Shown in pieces: positions 40,641-53,510 of a DNA stretch of 64,000 nt (position 1 is the stretch's first letter; every line of letters begins with the position of its first letter). Position numbers and translations under genes: made by a program. This stretch comes from Eledone cirrhosa (taxonomy: Eukaryota): NCBI GenBank assembly GCA_964016885.1, contig OZ024742.1:24924001-24988000 (forward strand). The letters are read 5' to 3'. The notes under the pieces were generated by a model. The model had not been told where the DNA came from. It was given only the letters and a program-made list of their open reading frames with translations, and ran no database searches.

Positions 40641-42018
40641 CTACTGGGTTGAGACACTGAATCTGCCAAGTCAAAGAATAATGGTAATTCCACATACATA
40701 TCATCTGAACACTAACAACAAAGGTATTACTTATTGTTTTCCCTTACTTAATTATTACTTCAATAGCTTCCTCTCTAATTACACCTACCTCTTTCTTCCT
40801 TTCTCTCACCTTTCTTTCCTCACCTTTCTTCTCCTTCCTTTTCTCTCTCTCTCGCTTTTGGATTATGACAAACATCTTTCAGCCAGGTCTCCTTTCTCTC
40901 CTCCACCAGATCCCCCAACTCCCACTAACCAAATCACACAGTAGCATTATCTATTAATTGAGTTTTTGGCTGGGAGTCCAATGGTGATCATTGCTGCCAC
41001 CGACTACGACAAGATGACATGTATTAGGATAGAAACTCTGTGAAGCTGGCACCGTCTGTTGCCACAATCCTCTCAAGCCAATTTACTGAAGACTGTTACG
41101 AGGTATTAGGAAGATATACGAGCAATTCATCCTTTAGAAATGGTATTCTTAGCTGAAATGATGAGATTTGTAATGAAATCAGCTATAAAGCCAAACAAAT
41201 TTGTTTGGAATAGTATTATAGAATGGCAGCCGCTGAGTGTATTCCAAATTTCAGGAGAGAGCCAACATCTTTTGTTCAACATCTTCTGGAGATAAACTTC
41301 AATGATTCTTGTAATTATTCCATCTACTACATCATACCTATCTTTCTCTTTCTCTAACTCCTTCTCTCTCTGCCCTGTCTTTAAAACTTAGTCCTTTCTG
41401 TCAACACTCGTTGTCCTGTACCACAAGAAACCACATTCACAGGACAGTCTTGAAATTTATAAAACTGCAGTGACTTCATCACAACATTTAAATCCTTTCT
41501 TTACCCTATTACAGCAATTTTTTCCAACAATCTGTCCACTAGAAAATATACTATAAACATTTTAATTAACCTGTTATTATATATTTTCTATTAATCCATT
41601 ACAGGATATTAAGAGTTTAATTTGATATATTGACCCAAGGTCATTGAGTAAGTTTATTTGTTTCCATGCCCAGCCCAATCCATATGCTGTCTATACTTAA
41701 CATATCTATTATAAGATGAAACTCAAACAATTAGGAGGGGGACTCTCTGATATAGAAGTAATCCTTTTTCAGGCCATTGTAAAGACCTTCTCGAACTATC
41801 TTGTCAAACTAAAGCTTAAAAGTTCCTACATCATGTGTGAAATATTTTCTGATAAATCTTTATATTATTTGTCAGATTCTCATCAGAAATATATATTTTG
41901 GAGTCATTAGAATTGTGGTTCAGGTTGAATATAATGAAGTTATAGTTTGAACAAATTCTTCAACACTTCATTCTCCGGTTGGAGAAAAATGGAGTTAAGA
42001 GGTTGTTGTTTCTTCTCT

Positions 42019-42200
42019 TGGCAGTATCGGTAGAGAGTCGTACACCATGCTTTGACGCATAGAGTTACAGCCCTTGCCATTCTGAGTTCAAATCCCGCTG
42101 AGGTTAACTTTGCCTTTCATCCTTACGGGGTCGATAAAATAAAGTACCAGTAATACACTGGGATAATTGCTGGCCATGTGTCAATAGTAGAAACAATTAT
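42019..42200 (+). mobile_element. SINE family A
   Basis: TGGCAGTATCGGTAGAG (A box), GAGTTCAAATCCC (B box), GCCTTTCATCCTTACGGGGTCGATAAA body. Confidence 0.88.
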
Positions 42201-42254
42201 TGTTTCTGTTCCTGGTCTGTCTTTTATCAATTCTGTTGTCAGTATCCCTCCAGT

Positions 42255-42545
42255 GTGAAGGTGCACAGCTTAGTGGTTAGGGGGGTCATCTTCTAGTTAT
42301 AAGGTCATAGGCTCATTTCACTCTATGTTCTTGAGCAAGACACTTTATTTCACCTTGCTTCAGTCTTCTCAGCTGACAAATATTGTGACAGTAAGTCAAT
42401 GAACTGGCCATGTTACACTCTGTCATGCTGAATCTCCTAAAAAACTATTTTAGGGGTATATATTTCTGAGGAATACTCAGCCACTTGCATATTAATTTCA
42501 TGAGCCTGCTGATCCATTGTTCAAAGAATTGGAACATTCATTGTT
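42255..42545 (+). mobile_element. SINE family B, degenerate
   Basis: AGCTTAGTGGTTAG...TTCTTGAGCAAGACACTTTATTTCAC. Confidence 0.6.
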
Positions 42546-44364
42546 AGAAGCAACTACGGGTTAATCCATATCTCAAGTTGTTTTGTTGGGGTCGCATTTG
42601 TTGTAGCTGTTGTTGCTGTTATTGCACATGTTGCTGTTGTCGCTGTTGTTGCTGTGTTTGGTGTTTTCTTCTGGCTTTTGTTGCTGATTTTGCTGTTGTT
42701 GTACTGTAGTTGCTGTTGTGGCAGGTATTGTACTGTTATTGCTGTTGTGGTTGTTGTTCTGTTGTTGCTGATTTTGCTGTTATTGTTAATAATAATATTA
42801 ATAACTATAATAAATCTGTTGAAGTAATTCACTATCCGCCCATCTACCATTTCCAGCATCAGTACTTATGATTACAGAAAATTATTATTTTTATTATTAG
42901 TTTTGTTATTTCTATACCAAAACATTACCAACCTCTATTTTACTATATTAAATTATTGGCCGGAAGCATTAGAGCAGATTCCTTTTGTAATCAGTGGAAT
43001 TAAAGTATATATCTTATAGCTAAAACCTCTCTCTTTTTATATATATATATATATATATCTGTGTATATATACACATATACATATATATATATTCTCTGTC
43101 GTCTCTCTCTCTCTATATATATATATTTATATAATATGTGTATGTGTAAATCTGTGTTTGTTAAGAGGTTATATATATATATATATATAATTATTTTTGT
43201 GTTTGTGTGTGTTGTGAAGTTTATCTATATGAGTAGTGTGTAAATATGTGTATGTGTTTATTGAGGGATGTATGTGTGATGTGCAGTGTGTATATTTAGA
43301 AGAGTATCTGTAAATATATGTATATATGAAGGGGCGATCTTTGTGTGTGGTGTGTGTGGTGAGGTGTATGTATCTGTGTTGTGTACATGTATGTATGGGT
43401 ATGCGTTTGGTCAGATTATGTATATGTATGAGGTAAGAGTGTATAGGTCTTCTATGTATGTATGTACGTATGTATGTATGTATATATGTATGCCCCATTT
43501 ATTTTATGGTACGTGTGTTTGTTTGTGTGTGTGTATGCATGGGCAAGTTATACAAGTATACTTAAAATAATGTCCTGTCTTTTAGGAGAGTGTTTATGTA
43601 TGTGTATATGTGTGCTCATATCAATATACGTATTTAAGTTTCTTCTCAGAATACGTGTGTATATATATATATATATATATCAGGTGTATGTATATATATA
43701 TATATATGTGGGTGTGTGTGAAAGGCACAAGTTAGCATCTGAAAGTATGTATATACAAGAGGCATTACAACACCCCAAAACACATACATACAGACAGGTA
43801 GATGTATATATATACACATACACACACATTCACACATGCACCATTTTTATCACCACATTTCATCATTTTAGTTTTTAAAATTGTTTTATATTGTTTTTGT
43901 ATTGCTATTTATGTGATTTCTTTATTTCACATCTGTATGTGCATATATATATATATATATTATATATATACACACTTGTGTGTGTGTGTTTCTGTGTGTA
44001 TATATTAATGATTGTACAACTTTGTGCATATGTCAGTATGCAGGCATACATACATATGTAAGTGTGTCTATACATGAATGTCTACATGATTATATGTATA
44101 ATATTCATCTCTATGTTTGTGCATATGTATGTTTCTATGTATGTACATATATATGTATGTATGTATGTGTGTGTTTAGTCAATGTTATATTTTTTTCTAA
44201 ACCGGAATAAATACAAAAATGTAACTATTCCTGTATTCCTGTACTTTCATCTTGAATAATCGATAAATTATTTTTTCAAATTAACATCTCTGTCACTCAC
44301 ACACACTGCTGTGTATATATATATATATATATCATCATTTTACCATTCAATTTCCCTGTAGCAA

Positions 44365-44693
44365 GATCATCATCCTCATCATTATTTCACGTCCGCTTTT
44401 CCCTGCTTGCAAGGGTGGGACGGGAACTGATTCTGGCTTGATTTCTACAGCTGGATGCCCTTCCTAACACCAACCTCATTTACAGTGAGTGCTGGGTGCT
44501 TTTTGCTGTGGCACCTCCACAACCACTTTGCAGTGGAATGATAAGGACCCCAGTCCCTATCATCTCATTTCTACAGCTGAGTAAACTGGAGCAATGTGAA
44601 ATAAAGTGTCTTGCTCAAGGAAACAACACATCACCCGGTCTGAGAATTGAACTCACAAGCTTTCGATTGCAAGCCCAATGCTCTAACCACTAA

Positions 44694-44724
<31 letters not shown>

Positions 44725-44942
44725 CATCATCATCATCATCATCGTTTAACGTCCATCTTCCACGCTTGCATGGGTTTGGACGGGAGTTTTCCCACCTGAA
44801 TCAAGATTGGTTGTCCTGCTTGTATAGGACTGTCTGGCGGGTTTTCTACGGCTGGATGCCCTTTCTAGCACCAACCACGTTTACAGTGTGGACTGGGAGG
44901 TTTTTACCGTGTTACCTACACGGCCACATTACAGCGTGAACT

Positions 44943-44945
<3 letters not shown>
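44365..44945 (-). mobile_element. Cluster of SINEs: C (44365-44540), B (44565-44697), C (44722-44945)
   Basis: GGATGCCCTT(C/T)CTA(A/G)CACCAACC twice; GTGAAATAAAGTGTCTTGCTCAAGGA and CTAACCACTAAGCCA. Confidence 0.75.
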
Positions 44946-44985
<40 letters not shown>

Positions 44986-45116
44986 GTGAGGTTTTTTTTA
45001 CAAAATGAAAAATAACCGAGGTGTCCTACACGAGTGAAAGTATAAAGAAAAAGAGATGAAATCGAAAATGCAACTGGAGTCTTATTTTTTTTAAAAATAT
45101 ATATATTTATTTGGTT

Positions 45117-45154
45117 CCTTTACCGGTTTCGCAGTTCTTCTGCTTTTCAAAAGG
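45117..45154 (-). ncRNA. Minimal type-I hammerhead ribozyme motif (U3:A8 core variant)
   Basis: Reverse strand CCTT-TTGAAAA-GCAG.AAGAA.CTGC-GAAA-CCGG-TA-AAGG: stem I CCTT/AAGG, stem II GCAG/CTGC, palindromic ACCGGT stem III, GUA triplet. Confidence 0.6.
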
Positions 45155-45521
45155 TGAGTTGAGATGGAGGGTCTGTGGTTTTTCTCACATCTGGTTGGTC
45201 TCTGAATGTTACTTGTTTTATATGGAAAAAGTGGCCTCGAAATGCCAGGTTTTTCGAGAAGTAATTTGATTGGTTTGTCAATAATTATAATAAATAATAA
45301 CGCTCATATATGAAAAAACAACCTGTGACACCCCCCCCCCCCCCTTATTTGAAGAACTATTGTAACGCGAACTGGCGCAAAATTTATTATAATTATTGAC
45401 AAACCAATCAAATTACTTCTCGAAAAACCTGGCATTTCGAGCCACTTTTTCCATATAAAACAAGTAACATTCAGAGACCAACCAGATGTGAGAAAAACCA
45501 CAGACCCTCCATCTCAACTCA

Positions 45522-45559
45522 CCTTTTGAAAAGCAGAAGAACTGTGAAACCGGTAAAGG
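45522..45559 (+). ncRNA. Minimal type-I hammerhead ribozyme motif, second arm
   Basis: CCTTTTGAAAAGCAGAAGAACTGTGAAACCGGTAAAGG; same as the left arm but with a G.U pair in stem II. Confidence 0.55.
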
Positions 45560-45654
45560 AACCAAATAAATATATATATTTTTAAAAAAAATAAGACTCC
45601 AGTTGCATTTTCGATTTCATCTCTTTTTCTTTATGATGATGATGATGATATATA

Positions 45655-46664
45655 TCTTATATATATATATAAAACTGTGGTTGTCTGTCTGTCTATCGAT
45701 TTTTGGCACACATCTCCTCTTAGAATCTCTAACGGAATTGCACCGAAATTGCTATACTTGTACATTGAGCCCTAGCGAAGACATCGGAAAAAGAAAATTT
45801 CAAATTGACCCACCCTATGTGACGAAATCGAATATAATGTATCGATTTTTGAGCGTAGGTTATCAGTTATTTCCCTTTGTTCTGTTTACATTGAGCGTCT
45901 TACGTAAAAAATTACGCTGGCTTTCTCAGCGTTTAAAATGACATTAACACAATACACGAACAGACAGTTGTCGAGCCAGCAAAATATTGGCCTGCAAAAT
46001 TCATCAGTCCGAACACTAAACTTCCGTTTTGCTTCATTTCCATTTAAAAGCATTTTAAAACAATATTTTTACTTGAAAACAAGTCTATTTAAAGACTACG
46101 TAAAACAAGCAAATATTTCGTCGTTAGGCGTGCAGACAGACAGTCGTGCAGACAGACAGTCGTGCAGACAGAAAGTCGTGCAGAGAGGTGATATACGCGT
46201 GCAGACAGATAGTCGTGCAGAGAGGTGATATAGGCGTGCAGACAGACAGTCGTGCAGAGAGGTGATATAGGCGTGCAGACAGACAGTCGTGCAGAGAGGT
46301 GATATAGGCGTGCAGACAGACAGTCGTGCAGAGAGGTGATATAGGCGTGCAGACAGACATAACTGATAATTTGGTTACGCTAATGTTTTTCTCTGCGTTG
46401 CAGTGTTTACATTTTCGATCTTTGTTAATAAATAACCAGTGCAGTTTTTATCCCCAGCATCCTCTTTTGTTATAACATTGGGGTTATCGTTATGTTTTCT
46501 TAACTTCATAAGGCATATTGTTGGTTGAGGGAATATTAATCAAAAACACCACATGCAAGTCTGCACAGTAGACACTACAGTTTTTAAGCCAATAAAGAAA
46601 CTTAACATTGTAACTTTAATACAGCTACTGAGCGACCCCGAGCAACGCCGGGCTTTACTGCTAG
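45655..46664 (+). mobile_element. Non-autonomous Helitron, copy 1, with internal 37-bp minisatellite
   Basis: 5' TCTTATATATATATATAAAACTG; 3' hairpin CCCG-AGCAACGC-CGGG followed by CTAG. Confidence 0.85.
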
Positions 46665-47592
46665 TCTATATATATAAAACTGTGGTTGTCTGTCTGTCTA
46701 TCGATTTTTGGCACACATCTCCTCTTAGAATCTCTCACGGAATTGCACCGAAATTGCTATACTTGTACATTGAGCCCTAGCGAAGACATCGGAAAAAAAA
46801 AATTTCAAATTGACCCGCCCTATCTGACGAAATCGAATATAATGTATCGATTTTTGAGCGTAAGTTATCAGTTATTTCCCTTTGTTCTGTTTACATTGAG
46901 CGTCTTACGTAAAAAATTACGCTGACACGAACAGTTGTCGAGCCAGCAAAATATTGACCTGCAAAATTCATCAGTTCGAACACTAAACTTCCGTTTTGCT
47001 TCATTTCCATTTAAAAGCATTTTAAAACAATATTTTTACTTGAAAACAAGTCTATTTAAAGACTACGTAAAACAAGCAAATATTTCGTCGTTAGGCGTGC
47101 AGAAAGACAGTCGTGCAGACAGACAGTCGTACAGACAGATAGTCGTGCAGAGAGGTGATATACGCGTGCAGACAGATAGTCGTGCAGAGAGGTGATATAG
47201 GCGTGCAGACAGACAGTCGTGCAGAGAGGTGATATAGGCGTGCAGACAGACAGTCGTGCAGAGAGGTGATATAGGCGTGCAGACAGACATAACTGATAAT
47301 TTGGTTACGCTAATGTTTTTCTCTGCGTTGCAGTGTTTACATTTTCGATCTTTGTTAATAAATAACCAGTGCAGTTTCTATCCCCAGCATCCTCTTTTGC
47401 TATAACATTCGGGTTATCGTTATGTTTTCTTAACTTCATAAGGCATATTGTTGGTTGAGGGAATATTAATCAAAAACACCACATGCAAGTCTGCACAGTA
47501 GACACTACAGTTTTTAAGCCAATAAAGAAACTTAACATTGTAACTTTAACAGCTACTGAGCGACCCCGAGCAACGCCGGGCTTTACTGCTAG
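46665..47592 (+). mobile_element. Non-autonomous Helitron, copy 2 (head-to-tail with copy 1)
   Basis: Junction ...CTGCTAG|TCTATATATATAAAACTG; ends CTAG|T; near-identical to copy 1. Confidence 0.87.
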
Positions 47593-48509
47593 TATATATA
47601 TATAATGGTCATTTTTCCCATTCTTGTGTGGGTTGGATGTGTCTTTTCTAACACTGCATATCTCCACTCTTTGTGGCCTTTCATCAACTCGACTGTGAGA
47701 TTCAGGGCTTTGAGATCAGCTCTCACAAACTGATGTTCCTACTCCTCCAAGAGATCAGCTCTTCTGCTTAAGTATTGAGTCAATCTATGACAACTGGTTC
47801 AACTTTTACTAGCATGTGAAATCGACTTTACCTGATGGTGATGGTGATATATACTATAATGTTTATCTATATAGAATAGGATTCTGTATGAATGTTGATA
47901 TTTTCCAGTCTGGATATTATACAAGCAGTTATATAACTATAATTTTTCATCAAGTTTGTTTCTTAGGGCAAGTATAAATGTAAATATTGCTTTCTCTACC
48001 TTGGACCCAGACATTTTGTTAGTCTTAGAATAGTGTTTAATAACTGGGAGACTGGAAGAAAAGAGATTATGATGGCAGAAACAGTGGTAATAGAGGATGA
48101 TATATGATGGTGTCATGGAAGAGAGACAGTGATAGCTACATAATTTTTGTTGGTAAAGAAATTGAATAGAAAAACAGCCTGAACAGTGTGATGAGATAGC
48201 AATAAAGATGTTTCATTGTAAATGGATGGGTACTACTAGAGATGAGCAATAATAAGTGTATGTGTGTCAACTGTCACATAGAATGAAATGATGCATGGTA
48301 GCAATGATGGATGAGAGTAAGAGGTACAGCATATCAACAGATGTGATGTCTTGTTACACATACACATATCTTGATGGAAGATAGGTGATAATGATAATGG
48401 CATGATAGTGCAGGGTATGTGATGATGATCATTATCCTCATCATGATAGTATCTGTATTTTCTTTTCTATGTTGGCATGAGATGGATGAGATTCTTTTAC
48501 AACCAGGTA

Positions 48510-48636
48510 CCATACCTGATGTCAAACCTATATATATATATATATATGGTTTGACATCTGGTATGGAGAAAAAATGTGTATTCAGTCAACCATATATATA
48601 TATATATATGGTTGACTGAATACACATTTTTTCTCC
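48510..48636. repeat. Two abutting (TA)n-centred palindromes
   Basis: CCATACCTGATGTCAAACC-(TA)n-GGTTTGACATCTGGTATGG and GGAGAAAAAATGTGTATTCAGTCAACC-(AT)n-GGTTGACTGAATACACATTTTTTCTCC. Confidence 0.9.
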
Positions 48637-49014
48637 CCCAAAATGTTTGCTGTTCCCTCCTTTCATCACTTCCTTTATATTTCATCTTTTATTTTTCAAT
48701 CTATCTTCTGATGAAGGACTAGTGTCTAAAATCTTTTCCTATTATATCAAGCATTAATCTTTTGCATTCCTTCATTGTACTGGGTCGTTTGATTTTATAT
48801 TTCTGCTTATCTTCTGTTCTGTGTGTGTGTGTGATAGCAGGGTTTCAAGCCACAGAAAGCATGCTAACCAAAGAAGCAGGGGGAATTTTCAGTTGCATCA
48901 AATTGCAGGGCAACCTCCCATCATATAGCGAGTTCATTAGCACCGATTAAGTACTAAATTCACCAATCATAAACCATCCAGCCATTGGTAGTACTGAAAA
49001 TGTATATTAAATGA

Positions 49015-49045
<31 letters not shown>

Positions 49046-49059
49046 CGCACACGTACATA

Positions 49060-49127
<68 letters not shown>

Positions 49128-49140
49128 GCACACGTACATA

Positions 49141-49200
<60 letters not shown>
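49015..49200. repeat. (TA)n with duplicated CGCACACGTACATATACATATAAT spacer
   Basis: Directly visible. Confidence 0.9.
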
Positions 49201-49675
49201 ACACATACAGACACACACAGACACGTTTATACATTACTGATGCCTTTCTATGTTATTTTGCCTGGAATACAAGGTTGTCTGAAGCTGTAGGCAAAAACAA
49301 ATGGTGAGAATTGAGAAAAATAGTAAAATCTATCATATACTATGCACACAAACATATCTATCTATATATTTACACACACTATTATTTCGACACACGCATA
49401 CATGCGTACTCATATAGCCACACATAAACACACACATACAAATACATATAAACATACTGCAGACATCACCTATTTCTAACTAAGAATTAAAAACTAACTT
49501 AATCTTTCAAAAATAACACAAAAATATAAACACGCTGACACATACTTTGTTTATAAGGATTATATATAAACACACAGACACTCATCATCATCATACATAT
49601 GTATATATCATCATCATTTAACATCCGTTTTCTGATGATGAGGAGGATATAAAAATGTATGTATGTATGTATGTA

Positions 49676-49727
<52 letters not shown>

Positions 49728-50336
49728 TGAGTGTATGTGTGTGAGTGTGTGTGTATTTGTGTGTGTGTATATATAGATATACATACATACATATATGTGT
49801 CTGTGTTTATATATAATCCATATAATATATATTCATTCTTATGTATATAAGCATATTTTTGACCAAAACTTTATTAAAATTATATAATCTGATGGTAGAA
49901 AAAAACCCCTCACAAATTAAATTATTTCTGAGAATATTTTGAATTCAGATTTTCATTGTTTTTGGCTGATGGTTTTAGTCTTTTTTTAATATATGTTTTA
50001 ATGATATTGCTATTATTATTATTATTATTTCTTTCATGTTTGGTGGAACAATTGTCTGTTCACCTGTAATATTTCACACAGCTGCCTTCTTAATCAAATA
50101 TTAAAATGAAAAGAATTTATTCAGATGATAGGACACTGGACATGACATTAATAGCTAACAGTTTTATGTCTCCATAGTTCAAGACAATAGTAGAGTCTTT
50201 TCAACTCTACATGGTCGCTTCTTGATCTGCTAGAAATAGCAGATAATTTCCCCCCAAATCACGCAATTTTGTTTTAGAATATGTAAAACCTTTGATAATG
50301 TAGATTTAGATGCATGATCATCATCGTCATCATCAT

Positions 50337-50550
50337 TTAAACCAGCAATATCTGGGCAGAATTATCTCAATTCTTTTTGTTCAAACTGGCAGTAACCAGC
50401 CGCTCATACTGATGGTAAGGTATTGTTCTCAATATAAATAATATAAATATCTCATTGATTCGATATTTTGTGAGATAATTATGTGAGGTAAAGCCTTTAC
50501 CATGGAAATATAATAGTATATATAGAGTAATGTAAATGCTAACGGGTTAA
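50337..50550. mobile_element. Possible TTAA-targeting (piggyBac-like) MITE inserted in a family C SINE tail
   Basis: Right end ...AATGCTAACGGG|TTAA; SINE tail sequence resumes on both sides; left TIR appears truncated. Confidence 0.4.
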
Positions 50551-50990
50551 TGTCAACGTTTCCAGGCTAGCATGAGTTAGATGAGTTGTCCCGTTGTGAG
50601 ACAAGTCAGATCAGATGACCATATTTTGCTCATACTGAACTAGTTCTTGTTTGGTTTCTATAACTGGATGCCCTTTCTAATGCCAACCACATTTACAGCA
50701 ATGACTGTGTGCTTTTTATCATGTGACAAACACAACCAACTAAGTGCTTAGACTGGGTGCTTTTTGTCATGTCATCAACACAACCACTTTACAATGTGGA
50801 CTGGGTGCTTTTTTTCATGTCACCAAAGCTTTACGGGGGTAGGGGTGGGGGACTTTTTGTCAAGGCAACAACTTGACCACTTTACAGGAAGAACTGGATG
50901 CTTTTTGTGTGTCACTAACGAGACCACTTTACAGAGTGGACTGGATGTTTTTTGTCCAGTCTCCAATGTAGCCTCTTTACAGGTTGGACA
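50551..50990 (-). mobile_element. SINE family C with expanded internal units
   Basis: GGATGCCCTTTCTAATGCCAACC plus several CACTTTACA..GTGGACTGG.TGCTTTTT units. Confidence 0.7.
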
Positions 50991-51429
50991 GTGTGTGAGA
51001 AAAGAAAAAAGGATGACCATGGCTATAATGTTTTTGATTACAGAACTGTTGGATCAAGGGTGATCTGGAGTTAGACATCAAAACATTATAGTCCTTTACC
51101 CTTTATCCCCCCCACACACACACACACTTCAACCACCACCCTTCCTATCCTATCATAATTGCCCCTTCTCTATTATTATAACTTCCTTCCTCCACCCAAA
51201 GACCTCCTTATATACATTTCGTCTACCATTGAAATGTTAGTTTATTTCCGATGACTCTGTGATAAACAGGCAAAACTCCAGAGTAACAAGGCTCACATTT
51301 TAGCTTTAATAATATTAAATATTAAATCTCTACTTAGGTATTGTGTACTCCTTTCTCTCAGCCATCAACTGCATAAGGATACATACATGCACACACACAC
51401 ACACACACATATATATATGTGTGAATAAA

Positions 51430-51598
51430 TCCCAGTAGAAGGAAGACGCAGTAGAGGAAGACCACACAAAAACATCGCTGAAGCTCACAGAGGAAATGAC
51501 GAAGGACCGTGACAAGTGGAGAGATGCTGTGCTGAATAGGACCTGTCCCACCCTTGCAAGCAGGGAAAAGCGGACATAAAATGATGATGATGATGATA
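51430..51598 (+). mobile_element. RTE 3' end, same family as 25440-26897
   Basis: Near-identical to 26710-26897 with a short internal deletion; (GAT)n tail. Confidence 0.85.
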
Positions 51599-51873
51599 TG
51601 TATTGGGAGAGAATGAGAGAGGCATGCTTACATGCATATAATGAAATAAAACTGATAGTAAATTAGATATAAACTTTTAAATCTCCAGCACTAGTTAAAT
51701 TGAATTGCTCGTTGTAATAGAAAGTTAAATTCTTCAAAGAAATAGTGATATAGTTTTTAATGAAGTGAGAGGGATTTTAATGCGTACTTAAGAAGGAACA
51801 GAACAATAATCCGGTTGCCATGTTAACTCCAAGAATTAATGGTAGTGCCAGTTCTTAAATCCACACAGAAAAG

Positions 51874-51908
<35 letters not shown>

Positions 51909-52992
51909 GGCTGGTGTAGGGTTGGAGTGAGGGAAACAATGTTGAATAACTGACTAACTGTAATGACCCATCCAACCAATGACAGGATGGAAAGAAGACA
52001 TGATGAGGATGATTATTCTCTGGGCAACTATTAATGAAGTTAATGAAATAATGTGTGAAGGTGCATGGGATAATGATTAGGAATCTTGTTGTAGGATCAT
52101 TATTTCATCAGTTCAATTCCTGGATAGGCTTTATTTCATGTTGCTCCAGTATATTCAGTTGAGAGTGAGTACCAGCAGTAGCTGGGCAGTTAAACCTGTG
52201 ATAAACCATTGTTTTCTCCAGGGAGAGTCTTGTACTTGCTTCACATCAAAGAATCCAGGGATAAGTAGTAGTCTGATGAGACTTCAGCTTAGACCAGACT
52301 TTAACAAAGAGTTAATGGAGAGTGGTTGCAGTCCGAGTGAAACCTGTAAAGAATAAAAAGTATGAATTAGACCTAGTTTGATCTTAGATGAAAACTAAAT
52401 TATATCTCAGATCATGACATGAATTAGGGTCAATAAATACAATTGCAGTCTAAGGCAGAAGTTTGGTAAAATCATTAGAGCTTTGTAAAGAGTAAAACGA
52501 AAATAGAAACAGGTAAAAAAATGAGGACAATAGTAGATACTGAAGTGTTTGGGGAGAAAGTTTGAATGCACCAGTGTTAACAATATGTGGAAAAATGAGG
52601 ACATTTGGTGACAGAGTTAAGTGTTTGAAAGTAGCAGTGTTGACAGCCCACAAACTGCTGTCCTTTGTGAAGCCTATAAACACATATGTCAAATACTCTG
52701 TTCTAAAATGAAGATAAGTAGATAACTTTGTGAATTATGTTAATGGTGGTTGATGTTTCATTAGTAGAAAACTGGTATTTGAAAGCAGTGATTTTTTCTA
52801 TTATAGAGTAGATATTAATAGAAAATGAGTAATTTGGGAATTATTTTTATAGATTATATGTTTCAGACAAATAAAGAAAATGTGATGTTTGAGGGAGATG
52901 TGAAACACATTTAAAAAATTATGTGTGTGACACTAACTGGTGAGCTATTGTGCTTCTCTTTTTAGGAGATTTAGCAAACAAGATATCTATCA

Positions 52993-53494
52993 TCTATATA
53001 TATAAAACTGAGGATGTCTGTCTGTGTGTGTCTGTGTGTCTGTCTGTGAGTTTTAATCCCTAAAACTTGAGAAGTACCCAACCGATTTTTTTCAAACTTT
53101 ACATGTGTATTACTTATGTTTCAGGGATGTTATGCACATACCATGAGCAAAGAAAATCCAACTTTTTTATGGCCTAGATTAGATGAAAAACTTCATTTTT
53201 TCAGCTTTTTAGGGCTTTTTTGAGGCGTTACGTCAAGCCGATTTTCCCAAAATTTCAAGGCATATTATGCACATAAAAAAATTCATTTTCTTGATCCCCT
53301 AGGGCCCGCATTAGGTGAAAACCTGCATTTTTCCTGCTTCATCGAGGAAAATCTTAAAGATTATCCAGCTATCAGAGTATTCGGTTTATTTTCTTTACAT
53401 ATTGTCCAGGCATGCAGTTTTTCCACGATTAGGTCTGTTGGCAACCCGCATTCCAAAACACCTTATCCCGTGCAACGCGGGGTACCACTGCTAG
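52993..53494 (+). mobile_element. Non-autonomous Helitron (~500 bp)
   Basis: A|TCTATATATATAAAACTG start; CCCG-TGCAACG-CGGG hairpin and CTAG|T end. Confidence 0.85.
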
Positions 53495-53510
53495 TTATTG
53501 ATACAAAGAT

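Larger units (their letters stand above)
44980..45634. mobile_element. Penelope-like inverted-pLTR element (~255-bp near-perfect inverted repeat, ~87-bp spacer)
   Basis: 45041-45295 is the reverse complement of 45382-45634 with few differences; each arm holds a hammerhead-like motif; abuts (TA)n on the left. Confidence 0.7.

Noticed and set aside
40036-40704. Long YI-repeat ORFs
   Set aside because: (TA)n artefact.
40960-41340. Unique, mildly CpG-containing segment as an exon
   Set aside because: No convincing splice pair or recognisable peptide in any frame.
42019-42100. SINE heads as tRNA genes
   Set aside because: A and B boxes are present but there is no cloverleaf, the spacing is extended, and the copies are multicopy with SINE body and tail.
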